DNA of 64,000 nucleotides from Spirochaetia bacterium (GTDB lineage: Bacteria > Spirochaetota > Spirochaetia > SZUA-6 > Fen-1364): assembly GCA_049515135.1 (NCBI GenBank), contig JBEKUJ010000007.1, forward strand, positions 116,888 to 180,887, written 5' to 3'. The translations under genes and the position numbers were made by a program. The notes below the pieces were generated by a model. That model worked only from the letters and a program-made list of their open reading frames with translations, had not been told where the DNA came from and made no database searches. Below, piece by piece: positions 39,463 to 48,731 of this stretch (position 1 is its first letter; each line of letters opens with the position of its first letter).

Positions 39463-39903
39463 ATGCTGCCACTCAGTTTTTCCCACGTGTCACTCAACTG
39501 CAATGATCCCCTTGCGGTGGAGCGGTATTACAGCAGGCACTTCGGATTCACACGTGCCCGGGTCATACCCCTCGGCCAGCAACAGATCGTCTTCATCAAA
39601 TCGGGCGGCATGTATATCGAGCTGTTCAACGCCACGGAGAGCAGGCCGGCCCCGATTGCAGGGAAGGACGGGCCCGGCTACCCCGGCGTCCGTCACATCG
39701 CGTTCAAGGTGGACAATGTCGACGCAAAGCTCCGTGAAATGGGTGACGATGCGCGGATCACGCTGGGCCCCCTGGATTTCGACGATTTCATTCCGGGATG
39801 GCGGACCGTCTGGCTGGCGGATCCGGAGGGAAACGTCGTCGAGATAAGCCAGGGTTATGTCGATCAGCCGAACCCGCCGCAGCTGGATTCAGCCAGGGAG
39901 TGA
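39463..39903 (+). CDS. VOC/glyoxalase family protein
   Basis: SHVSL...IELF...RHIAFKVD...DPEGNVVE. Confidence 0.9.
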   Translation: MLPLSFSHVSLNCNDPLAVERYYSRHFGFTRARVIPLGQQQIVFIKSGGMYIELFNATESRPAPIAGKDGPGYPGVRHIAFKVDNVDAKLREMGDDARITLGPLDFDDFIPGWRTVWLADPEGNVVEISQGYVDQPNPPQLDSARE

Positions 39904-39916
39904 AAAGAGGGAAGCC

Positions 39917-41743
39917 ATGGGAAATACGATGTCATTCACCTTTTCGGACACCGTCGCGGGTTATGTGTCCCGTTTCGACGAGAAAACCGATACCCTCGCC
40001 CTTGCAACAACGGACGGCCGCAATTTCCAGGTCCATCTCAAAAGCAATACCTATGCGCAGGTGATCCGAAACCTCGAGCAACCCTATCAGGACTGCACCC
40101 AGCAGATGAGAAGCATGCTTGTTCCCGGCCGCTACCTCTATGTCTACGGGATCTACTACCCCGAGCACGGGGAGTTCACCCTGGAGGCGCAGTACCTGGT
40201 CTTTCCCGGACGCAAGGAAGGGGAGTTCCTTTTCGAAAAGCAGGACTGGTGGATCAGGCAGATTGCCTCCATCGGCAACTTCTGGCTCAAGGCGCAATTC
40301 GGCGGACAGCCGGTGGACTATCGCAACTACCGCACCACGATCAAGCTTTCCGGAGAAAAGGAAACCGACAACTTCCGCCAGGAGACAGACACCATCTCGC
40401 GGCTGGTCTACGGGTTTGCCACCGCGTATCTCTTGACGGGAGATGACCGCTACCTCGAGGGAGCCGAGAAAGGCACCGAGTACCTCAGGGAGCACATGCG
40501 CTTCTATGACTCCGACGAGCGCATTGTGTACTGGTATCACGGCATCGACGTCCGGGGTGATCGGGAGGACAAGGTCTTTGCCTCCGAGTTCGGTGATGAC
40601 TTCGACGCCATCCCCGCCTACGAGCAGATATACGCCCTTGCCGGCCCCATCCAGACGTACCGCGTCACCGGCGACCCCGCGATCCTTCGTGACGCCGAGA
40701 TGACGGTGGATCTTTTCGACAGGTTTTTCCTGGACAAGGCCAAGGGGGGCTATTTTTCCCACCTCGATCCTATAGCCCTCGATGCGCGAAGCGACGCCCT
40801 GGGCCCGAACAAAGGAAAGAAGAACTGGAACTCTGTCGGAGACCACGCCCCCGCCTATCTGATCAACCTATACCTTGCAACCGGCGAAAAAAGGTACGCC
40901 GATTTCCTCGAGTACACATTCGACACGATCGAGCAGCACTTTCCGGACTATGAGCACAGCCCTTTCGTGCAGGAGAAGTTCCACGAAGACTGGTCTCACG
41001 ACACAAAGCACATGTGGCAGCAGAATCGCGCCGTGGTGGGCCACAACCTGAAGATCGCCTGGAACATCATGCGCATGAACAGCCTTAAAACCAAGGACAG
41101 GTATGTTGCGCTGGCGCGGAAGATCGGCGAGGAAATGCCGAAGGTTGGAATGGACAAACAGCGCGGGGGATGGTACGACGTCATGGAGCGGCAGCTCGGG
41201 GAAGGACAGGAGCTGCGCCGGTTTGCCTTCCACGACCGCAAAGCCTGGTGGCAGCAGGAACAGGGGATCCTCGCGTACCTCATCATGCACGGGGTGCTCG
41301 GGGACGAGGAGTACTTGAAGCGGGCTCGGGAATCATCCTCCTTCTATAACGCTTTCTTTCTCGACCACGACGATGGCGCCACATATTTCAACGTGCTGGC
41401 AAGTGGCCTTCCCTACCTGATGGGCACCGAACGGTTCAAGGGAAGTCACTCCAGCAGCGGCTACCATACCACCGAGCTCTGCTACCTGGCTGCCGTGTAC
41501 ACGAACCTTCTCATTACACGCCAGCCCATGGATTTCCACTTCAAACCCACCCCGGGGGGGTTCCCAAGGAACACCCTGCGTGTTTCCCCTGATATCCTGC
41601 CGCCCGGCAGCATCCGGGTCGGGGAGGTATGGGTGAACGACGAGCCGTACAAGAGCTTTGACGCGGAAAACCTGACCGTGAAGATTCCGGATACGAAGGA
41701 CGCCCCACGCATCAAGGTGAGGCTGGTCCCCAGAGCGAAGTAG
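39917..41743 (+). CDS. AGE-family (N-acylglucosamine 2-epimerase-like) protein with extra terminal domains
   Basis: SRLVYGFA; NSVGDH; GHNLKIAW; KAWWQQEQ; GYHTTEL. Confidence 0.75.
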   Translation: MGNTMSFTFSDTVAGYVSRFDEKTDTLALATTDGRNFQVHLKSNTYAQVIRNLEQPYQDCTQQMRSMLVPGRYLYVYGIYYPEHGEFTLEAQYLVFPGRKEGEFLFEKQDWWIRQIASIGNFWLKAQFGGQPVDYRNYRTTIKLSGEKETDNFRQETDTISRLVYGFATAYLLTGDDRYLEGAEKGTEYLREHMRFYDSDERIVYWYHGIDVRGDREDKVFASEFGDDFDAIPAYEQIYALAGPIQTYRVTGDPAILRDAEMTVDLFDRFFLDKAKGGYFSHLDPIALDARSDALGPNKGKKNWNSVGDHAPAYLINLYLATGEKRYADFLEYTFDTIEQHFPDYEHSPFVQEKFHEDWSHDTKHMWQQNRAVVGHNLKIAWNIMRMNSLKTKDRYVALARKIGEEMPKVGMDKQRGGWYDVMERQLGEGQELRRFAFHDRKAWWQQEQGILAYLIMHGVLGDEEYLKRARESSSFYNAFFLDHDDGATYFNVLASGLPYLMGTERFKGSHSSSGYHTTELCYLAAVYTNLLITRQPMDFHFKPTPGGFPRNTLRVSPDILPPGSIRVGEVWVNDEPYKSFDAENLTVKIPDTKDAPRIKVRLVPRAK

Positions 41744-41754
41744 GAGCGTACGAC

Positions 41755-42090
41755 ATGGAAGTCAACGTCAGGACTGTCAAGAAGGTCATGGTTGTCGAGC
41801 TGACAGGCGAGCTGGACGGAAAGACCGCCCCCGAGGTTCAGGAGAAAATCCTGCCACAAGTTCAGTCAGGCGCCAAAGTCCTCCTCGACATGAGCAAAGT
41901 GCCGTACATGTCGAGCGCAGGCCTGCGGATGCTTCTGTCCCTGTACCGCCAGGTAACAGGCAAGGGCGGTAGCATTGTGCTTTCCGGAGTCGTCGAAGAA
42001 ATTCGGGACACCATGTCCGTCACGGGATTCCTCAAGTTCTTTGTTATACACGACACGGTTGAGGCAGGCGTGGCGGCGCTCGGAGGATAG
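41755..42090 (+). CDS. STAS anti-sigma-factor antagonist
   Basis: GELDG; YMSSAGLR phospho-Ser motif. Confidence 0.9.
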   Translation: MEVNVRTVKKVMVVELTGELDGKTAPEVQEKILPQVQSGAKVLLDMSKVPYMSSAGLRMLLSLYRQVTGKGGSIVLSGVVEEIRDTMSVTGFLKFFVIHDTVEAGVAALGG

Positions 42091-42095
42091 GAAAA

Positions 42096-44312
42096 GTGGA
42101 CCGCATCGACGTCTACCCCACCCACCAGTTCGAAGGCTTCAAGCTTCGCCCGGGTCGCGCGTATCCCTTCGGCGCAAATCTGGTGCCAGGCGGCGTCAAT
42201 TTCGCGATCTTCTCGAAACACGCGAACTACTGCGTGCTGGTTCTTTTCGAGAAGGGCAAACCGAAACCACTGGCAGAAATACCGTTTCGCGGCGTGTTCC
42301 AGAAACCTGGAACAGGGGAACCTGTGTGGGCTGATTTCAGGGTCGGGAACGTCTTTTCGATGGTTGTCTTCGATCTCGACTACGAAAACATCGAGTACGG
42401 GTTCCGCATGGACGGACCGGGTCCACGTCCTGAAAAAGGAAAGCCCGCGCTGCATCGGTTTGATCCTTCAACAATCCTCACGGACCCGTACGCAAAGGCC
42501 GTCGGCGGCAGGGACGCCTGGGGCGAGAAACCGAACTGGGCTGATGAATACCCGCATCGCGCCCGGATTGTGCAGGACGATTTTGACTGGGAGTCGGATC
42601 GGCCGCTGGAGATACCGACCGAGGACCTGATCATCTACGAGATGCACGTGCGCGGTTTCACGCGTCATCCGTCGTCGAAGACGAAGCACCCGGGCACTTT
42701 CGCGGCAATCCGTGAGAAGATTCCGTACCTCAAGGAGCTCGGCGTCAACTGCATTGAGCTCATGCCCATTTACGAGTTCGACGAGTTCGAGAACAGCCGC
42801 CAGAGCAAGGATACGGGCGAGCTGCTGATGAACTACTGGGGCTACAGCACGGTGGGCTTCTTTGCGCCCAAAGCCGGATTCGCCGCATCCGGAAAGATGA
42901 AAGACGGAACGATGGTGGCGGACGAGCTGAAGACCCTCGTCAAAGAGTTGCACGAAAACGGCATCGAGGTCATCCTTGACGTTGTTTTCAACCACACGGC
43001 GGAAGGCAATGAAGAGGGGCTGGCCATCTCCTTCCGGGGGATCGACAATGCGACCTACTACATGCTGACCCCGGAGGGATACTACTTCAATTTCAGCGGC
43101 ACAGGAAACACGCTGAACTGCAACAACCCTATTGTGCGTACAATGGTGTTGGAGTGTCTTCGTTACTGGGCCGCAGAGTTTCACATCGATGGTTTCCGCT
43201 TCGACCTTGCCGCCATCCTGGGGCGCGACCCGTGGGGAGCGCCGCTTGCCAATCCGCCGCTCCTGGAGACCCTCGCTTTCGACCCGATTCTGGCAAAGTG
43301 CAAGCTCATTGCCGAAGCCTGGGACGCTGGCGGCTTGTACCAGGTGGGGTCCTTCCCGGCCTACGGCCGCTGGGCGGAATGGAACGGCAAATACCGTGAC
43401 ACTGTCCGCTGCTTCCTGAGGGGGGATCCGGACCAGGCAGGGGGAATGGCTCAGCGACTGCAGGGCTCCCCCGACCTGTATGCACGGGGAGGACGCGGGC
43501 CGACAGCCTCCATCAACTTCGTTACCTGTCACGACGGCTTCACCCTGGCTGATCTTGTTTCGTACGACGGGAAGCACAATGAGGCCAACGGAGAAAACAA
43601 CAACGACGGCGCCAACGACAACTACAGCTGGAACTGCGGCAGGGAAGGCTCCACCGACGACCCGCAGGTGAACGACCTGCGCAGAAGGCAGATGAAGAAC
43701 GCCCTTGCGATGCTGATGGTCAGTCGCGGAGTCCCGATGCTGCTCATGGGCGATGAAATAGGCCGGACGCAAAAAGGGAACAACAACGCGTACTGCCACG
43801 ACAATGAGTTCAGCTGGCTCGACTGGACGCTGCAGAAGCCCAACGAAGAGATATTCCGCTTCGCCCGTGCGTGCGTTGCCTTTCGCAAGACTCACCCGGT
43901 CCTGAGAGGCAGCACATATTTCCGAAACGAGGATTATGCGGGCAGCGGCTTCGCCGACATAACATGGCACGGCACACGCGCGTGGAACGCAGACTGGTCC
44001 AGCGACAGCCGGGTTGTGGCTTTCATGCTGTGCGGCATGCACGCTAAAGATGCGACGGTGAAGGACGATACCATCTACGTTGCCATGAACATGTATTGGG
44101 AATCTCTTCCTTTTGAGCTGCCGGAGCTGCACCAGGAATCATGCTGGCGCGTCTTCGCGAACACTGGCGCGCCTTCCCCGCAGGATATCTGGGAGCCGGG
44201 CGCGGAGCCCGTGCTCTCAGATCAACGGCAGTTCATTGTGGGCGCGCGGTCGGTCGCTATTCTGGTGAGCGGCTCTTCCGCCGCCGGCAGCACGGGGAAA
44301 CGCGAAGGGTAG
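42096..44312 (+). CDS. glgX: Glycogen debranching enzyme (isoamylase, GH13)
   Basis: NYWGY; DVVFNHTAEG; DGFRFDLA; IAEAWD; NFVTCHDGFTL. Confidence 0.95.
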   Translation: MDRIDVYPTHQFEGFKLRPGRAYPFGANLVPGGVNFAIFSKHANYCVLVLFEKGKPKPLAEIPFRGVFQKPGTGEPVWADFRVGNVFSMVVFDLDYENIEYGFRMDGPGPRPEKGKPALHRFDPSTILTDPYAKAVGGRDAWGEKPNWADEYPHRARIVQDDFDWESDRPLEIPTEDLIIYEMHVRGFTRHPSSKTKHPGTFAAIREKIPYLKELGVNCIELMPIYEFDEFENSRQSKDTGELLMNYWGYSTVGFFAPKAGFAASGKMKDGTMVADELKTLVKELHENGIEVILDVVFNHTAEGNEEGLAISFRGIDNATYYMLTPEGYYFNFSGTGNTLNCNNPIVRTMVLECLRYWAAEFHIDGFRFDLAAILGRDPWGAPLANPPLLETLAFDPILAKCKLIAEAWDAGGLYQVGSFPAYGRWAEWNGKYRDTVRCFLRGDPDQAGGMAQRLQGSPDLYARGGRGPTASINFVTCHDGFTLADLVSYDGKHNEANGENNNDGANDNYSWNCGREGSTDDPQVNDLRRRQMKNALAMLMVSRGVPMLLMGDEIGRTQKGNNNAYCHDNEFSWLDWTLQKPNEEIFRFARACVAFRKTHPVLRGSTYFRNEDYAGSGFADITWHGTRAWNADWSSDSRVVAFMLCGMHAKDATVKDDTIYVAMNMYWESLPFELPELHQESCWRVFANTGAPSPQDIWEPGAEPVLSDQRQFIVGARSVAILVSGSSAAGSTGKREG

Positions 44313-44321
44313 GGGGGAACA

Positions 44322-44663
44322 ATGGCTTTCAATGTACGCTTTGAGATGCTCGACAAGGGAATTGCCAGGATCACCCTGGCGGGTGAGCTCGACGCCGGCA
44401 CGGCGCCCCTGTTCCAGAAGGAAGTAGAGAAGGCGACCGCGGAGAACGCGAAACGTCTCGTCCTCGTGGTCTCCGAACTGGAATATATCGCGAGCGCCGG
44501 CTTGAGGGTCCTCGTCTTTGCGAAACAGAAGATGGGACGACAGGTCGACGTGTACGTCGTGGGCGCGCAGGAACAGGTGATGGACACTATCCGCAAGACC
44601 GGACTGCACAACAGCGTCATTTCAGTGAAGAGCTACGACCCCGCCGTGATCGAAAACATTTGA
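44322..44663 (+). CDS. STAS anti-sigma-factor antagonist
   Basis: GELDA; YIASAGLR. Confidence 0.9.
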   Translation: MAFNVRFEMLDKGIARITLAGELDAGTAPLFQKEVEKATAENAKRLVLVVSELEYIASAGLRVLVFAKQKMGRQVDVYVVGAQEQVMDTIRKTGLHNSVISVKSYDPAVIENI

Positions 44664-44691
44664 GCCCCGAGTCGCGTGACGGTCGAGAGGG

Positions 44692-45132
44692 GTGACTATG
44701 GAGACCTTGATCCTTCCAGCCAGCCTCGATTCCCTCGCGGTCATACGGAAGCACGTGCAGACTGCGGCCTCCGATGCCGGATTGGAGAAAAAGGATTCGT
44801 ACCGGCTCCTGCTTGCCGTCGACGAGGTGGCAACCAATATCATCACGCATGGCTACCTGGAAACCGGCATTGATGGCAGGCTCGAGGTGAGAGCGGAGGT
44901 CGATGGCGAGCACCTGACGATCGCCCTGGGCGACTCGGGGCCGGCATTCGATCCGACACAGGTTTCGGAACCGGATGTCAATCAGCCGGTGGAGGATCGT
45001 AAGGTCGGAGGCATGGGCCTCTACCTGGCGATCCGAAACGTGGACCAGTTCAAGTACCAGCGCGTGGGAGATCAGAACAGGAACATTTTCATCATGAATC
45101 GAAAACACATGCACTCCGGAGGCAGCGGATGA
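44692..45132 (+). CDS. Anti-sigma factor / Ser kinase (RsbW/SpoIIAB-like)
   Basis: LAVDEVATNII; D.G..FDP; GGMGL. Confidence 0.9.
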   Translation: MTMETLILPASLDSLAVIRKHVQTAASDAGLEKKDSYRLLLAVDEVATNIITHGYLETGIDGRLEVRAEVDGEHLTIALGDSGPAFDPTQVSEPDVNQPVEDRKVGGMGLYLAIRNVDQFKYQRVGDQNRNIFIMNRKHMHSGGSG

Positions 45133-47069
45133 GGCCATCACGTTCCTCAGTTAGTGCTGCTCGGAAACGAGCCGGCGACAGGAAAGGGAATGCCGGCAAG
45201 GAGCACGGACACGGGCACCTGATAGTGCTCGGGACCAGCCGGGAGTTGACAGGATCTTTTGCCTCTCTCCTCAAGGGGTTGGGCTACTCGGTCGAGGCGA
45301 CGCAGGAAGAAGCTGATGCATTTGACCTGCTCCGCGCGGGGAGCTGCGATCTGATCCTGGTGGAGCTTGCGCTTGCGAAATCCGACAGCTACGGGCTTCT
45401 GAAGCGCCTCAGCTTGACGCCACCCGCCCAACGCGTTCCGATTATCGTCTACGGCGCATCAGAGGAGATTACGAATGCCGACAGGTGCATTAAGAATGGC
45501 GCTGACGACTACCTGACGGAGCTTCTCAACCCGGCGGTAGTCGCTGCACGGATGGAGGGACTTCTTTCTCACCGGCGTCTCGTACGCGCGCTCGAGTCGT
45601 CTTCCGAGCAGCTTGCAGGTCTCACAAAGCTTTCCGATGATTTCACGAAAGTGATCATTCCCATTGGGATTGCGCTTTCTGCCGAGAAGGACCCGGACCT
45701 TCTCATTGAGAAGATCCTGGTAGAGGCGAAGGGGGTCTGCAATGCGGACGCAGGGACACTCTACCTGCGAACGGAAGAAGACTGCCTCAAGTTCGAGATC
45801 ATGCACACGGATTCACTCAAGATCAGGATTGGTGGGCCAAGCGGACCGGAGATACTTATTCCGCCTCTGCCCCTGCACGATCCGGCGAGCGGCGCGCCGA
45901 ATCACCATAATGTCGCTACACACGTCGCCCTGGAAGGAATATCGATCAACATCCCTGATATATACAATGCGGAGGGCTTCGATTTCACGGGTACCAAGGC
46001 TTTCGATCAGCGCAACCACTACCGCTCGATATCGAGCCTCACCGTCCCGTTGAAGGATCACGACACGAAGGTCATCGGTGTGCTGCAGCTCCTGAACGCG
46101 CAGGATCCTGCCACGGGAAAGGTGAAGCCGTTCGATGCGTACTTGCAGCAGATTGTAGAGCTTCTCTCCTCACAGGCGGCCATTGCCCTGAGCAATCAGA
46201 TCCTCATGCACCGGGAAAAGAAGCTCCTGAAGTTCGAGAACGACGTGCAAATTGGCCGCAAGATCCAGACGGACTTTCTTCCCGACAAGCTGCCGCAGCC
46301 CCCCGGTTGCGAGGTGGTATCCTGCTTCCACCCGGCACGAGAGGTGAGCGGGGACTTCTACGATGCGTTCCTGCTGCCCGGCAGCAGCCACATGGGTTTT
46401 GTCATCGCAGACGTCTGCGACAAGGGCGTTCCCGCGGCACTCTTCATGGCCGTGATTCGCAGCCTGATACGGGCTTTCTCCGAACAGCATTCCTCTTTCG
46501 GGCTCCCCATTCTGGCGGACCACAAAACATCGGCCCCCAACTCTGTCGAGCACAGGCTTGCCACTCTGTTCGAAGATTTGAACGCCCTGAACACGGTCGT
46601 GATGGCCAACAACTACATTGCCCGCACGCATGGGAACCTGAACATGTTCGCCACTCTCTTCCTCGGCGTGCTCGATCCAGATACGGGCCTGCTGACCTAT
46701 GTCAACGGCGGGCATGAGGCGCCGGTGATCATCGGGGCCAACGGGATAGAGAGCCGTCTGGGACAGACGGGGCCGGCGGTGGGGATGATGCCGGATTCGA
46801 CGTTCGAGCTCCAGCAGTACCAGCTGAAAGACAAAGACATCCTTTTTGCATACACCGACGGTGTCCCTGAGAGCCGCAACCGAACCGGTGGTTTTTTCAC
46901 GGAGAAGAGACTGTTTGCCTTGCTGGAACAACCTGTCACCTCAGCTGCGCAGCTTGTCCAGCGCGTCGAGACGGGCCTCCGCGACCACCTCGCCCAGGCC
47001 GACCAATTTGATGATATCACCATGATTGCAATACGATGGTCCAGCCAGCCCCCTGCAGAGGTGTCCTGA
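45129..47069 (+). CDS. REC(pseudo)-GAF-PP2C/SpoIIE phosphatase (RsbU-like)
   Basis: GADDYL; NADAGTLY...VIGVLQL; VSGDFYD; ADVCDKG; YTDG; DDIT. Confidence 0.9.
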   Translation: MRPSRSSVSAARKRAGDRKGNAGKEHGHGHLIVLGTSRELTGSFASLLKGLGYSVEATQEEADAFDLLRAGSCDLILVELALAKSDSYGLLKRLSLTPPAQRVPIIVYGASEEITNADRCIKNGADDYLTELLNPAVVAARMEGLLSHRRLVRALESSSEQLAGLTKLSDDFTKVIIPIGIALSAEKDPDLLIEKILVEAKGVCNADAGTLYLRTEEDCLKFEIMHTDSLKIRIGGPSGPEILIPPLPLHDPASGAPNHHNVATHVALEGISINIPDIYNAEGFDFTGTKAFDQRNHYRSISSLTVPLKDHDTKVIGVLQLLNAQDPATGKVKPFDAYLQQIVELLSSQAAIALSNQILMHREKKLLKFENDVQIGRKIQTDFLPDKLPQPPGCEVVSCFHPAREVSGDFYDAFLLPGSSHMGFVIADVCDKGVPAALFMAVIRSLIRAFSEQHSSFGLPILADHKTSAPNSVEHRLATLFEDLNALNTVVMANNYIARTHGNLNMFATLFLGVLDPDTGLLTYVNGGHEAPVIIGANGIESRLGQTGPAVGMMPDSTFELQQYQLKDKDILFAYTDGVPESRNRTGGFFTEKRLFALLEQPVTSAAQLVQRVETGLRDHLAQADQFDDITMIAIRWSSQPPAEVS

Positions 47070-47171
47070 ACCGGCGCCCTTCAGGGGAAGCGGTCCTGCC
47101 GGCGCCGAGGTTGCAGAGGTGGCTCAAAGTGGATATTGACTCTAGGGCGTCTAGGGGGGATTTTGACTTGC

Positions 47172-47438
47172 ATGAAATCTCTCTACTTCCTAACTGACCA
47201 AAGTGGCAAGCTCTGTTTGGCTTCCACTATCATACAGCGCGCGATCATTGAGGTCCTCGACATTCCGGAGGAGTACACTGATACAGAGGTATTGGCCATC
47301 GTCGATACCGTCTACAAAGCAGGTGTGCTGAAGGCTCCGGGTCGCAGCGGTGTCGCGGGAGGGCCGGTGCGTATCACCTGGGCGGCGCTTGTTGAGAAGG
47401 GGAAGGCTGCTGGAGTATTGGCCGAAGAGAATTTGTGA
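47172..47438 (+). CDS. Hypothetical protein
   Basis: Open frame directly upstream of the wHTH gene. Confidence 0.4.
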   Translation: MKSLYFLTDQSGKLCLASTIIQRAIIEVLDIPEEYTDTEVLAIVDTVYKAGVLKAPGRSGVAGGPVRITWAALVEKGKAAGVLAEENL

Positions 47439-47458
47439 GGGTTCAAGGAGGTGATCGG

Positions 47459-47659
47459 ATGGTCAACGAGATTGGCGAGGCGGCTGGAGAAATCTGGGAG
47501 ACCCTGGTTGACGAAAACAAGGCGGTGACTATCAATCAGCTTAAAAAAAAGACCAAGCTGCCGGAAGATCTGCTTTGCATGGGAATAGGCTGGTTGGCAC
47601 GCGAGGACAAACTTCTGTTCTCCGGTACGTCTGAGATCATGGAAGTTTCGCTCAAGTAG
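47459..47659 (+). CDS. Small winged-helix protein (DUF2582-like)
   Basis: IGEAAGEIW...IGWLAREDK; AGGAGG RBS. Confidence 0.8.
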   Translation: MVNEIGEAAGEIWETLVDENKAVTINQLKKKTKLPEDLLCMGIGWLAREDKLLFSGTSEIMEVSLK

Positions 47660-47908
47660 CCGAAACGGTTCGCTCGAAGGCTGTTTTCTCCACGTTACTT
47701 CGAGGGCGTTGTCGCGTACGGTCATCGATTGAAGAGCTCCAGACCGACAATGATGCGTGGATCAAGATAAGCTGAGCTTCGGTGGGAATACTCCAAGAAT
47801 TGCATCAGCCAAGAATATAGAAACCGCGGTGTCCAAGATGGTGGTCGAATAGCCCGCATTTGGTCAGATGCGAAGCCGGCTTTCAAGACAACACTTTTTA
47901 GAAAACCG

Positions 47909-47937
47909 TTGACATGTAATATATTACATGCTACACT
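47909..47937 (+). promoter_or_regulatory. Sigma70 promoter with an overlapping palindromic operator
   Basis: TTGACA, 17 bp spacer, TACACT; perfect palindrome CATGTAATATATTACATG at 47913-47930. Confidence 0.8.
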
Positions 47938-47959
47938 TCACATACTGGACAGCAGGGAT

Positions 47960-48637
47960 ATGGATGGAAGTGATCTTAAAAAACCGCAGGAATTGAAAGA
48001 TTGGGCTTATGCCACAATCAAAAGGGACGTCCTGACTGGCAAATACATCCCCGGCGAGCAACTCCGCGTGGAGGAGCTGGCTGAAGCAATGAAGATAAGC
48101 AGGACCCCTGTTCGCGAAGCCCTGCTCATGCTTGAGCACGAGAGTCTGATAAACGTTGCCCCCCGCGTAGGATTTTTCGTCAAGGGAATCACGAAGCAGG
48201 AAATACAAGAGCTCTTCGAGCTCCGCGAACTCATCGAGGGCTATGCTGCGGAAAAGGCGGCCACGCACATGGAGCCAAAAGACTTGGAAGGGATGGAAGC
48301 GCTTCTCAGAGAAGGTCAAGCTGCATTCGATCGCGGCGACCTGCCCGGCTTTCTCCAAACCGAGATCAAATTGCATTCCTCGATCCAGGAGCATGCGCAG
48401 AACAAACATCTGCTTCGCATGATCGAGAGTCTGAAAGACCTCACGTACAGGGAGCGGGTCCTTTCCTTGTCATCCACCGAAAACGTGAAAGAGTCGCTGC
48501 GTGAACACGAAAGGATTGTGAATGCCCTTCGCCGGAGAGACGGCCGCTTGGCGATGAGCATGATGCGGGAGCATATCAGCAACGTGAAGAATCGCCTGCT
48601 GGCGCTTCTCGACAAGATGGAGGAACACCACGACTAA
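47960..48637 (+). CDS. GntR/FadR-family (FCD) transcriptional regulator
   Basis: LAEAMKISRTPVREAL; EHERIVNAL...MREHI. Confidence 0.95.
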   Translation: MDGSDLKKPQELKDWAYATIKRDVLTGKYIPGEQLRVEELAEAMKISRTPVREALLMLEHESLINVAPRVGFFVKGITKQEIQELFELRELIEGYAAEKAATHMEPKDLEGMEALLREGQAAFDRGDLPGFLQTEIKLHSSIQEHAQNKHLLRMIESLKDLTYRERVLSLSSTENVKESLREHERIVNALRRRDGRLAMSMMREHISNVKNRLLALLDKMEEHHD

Positions 48638-48731
48638 TGCAGCGCAGGGAAGAAAGGAGGAGAAACGGGACAGAGATGACAGGAAATTTGATCGGAGAAT
48701 ACGCTGAAACTGAACAGGAAAGGAGAAGAGA

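Noticed and set aside
42468-44132. 554-aa minus-strand ORF
   Set aside because: Antisense to glgX.
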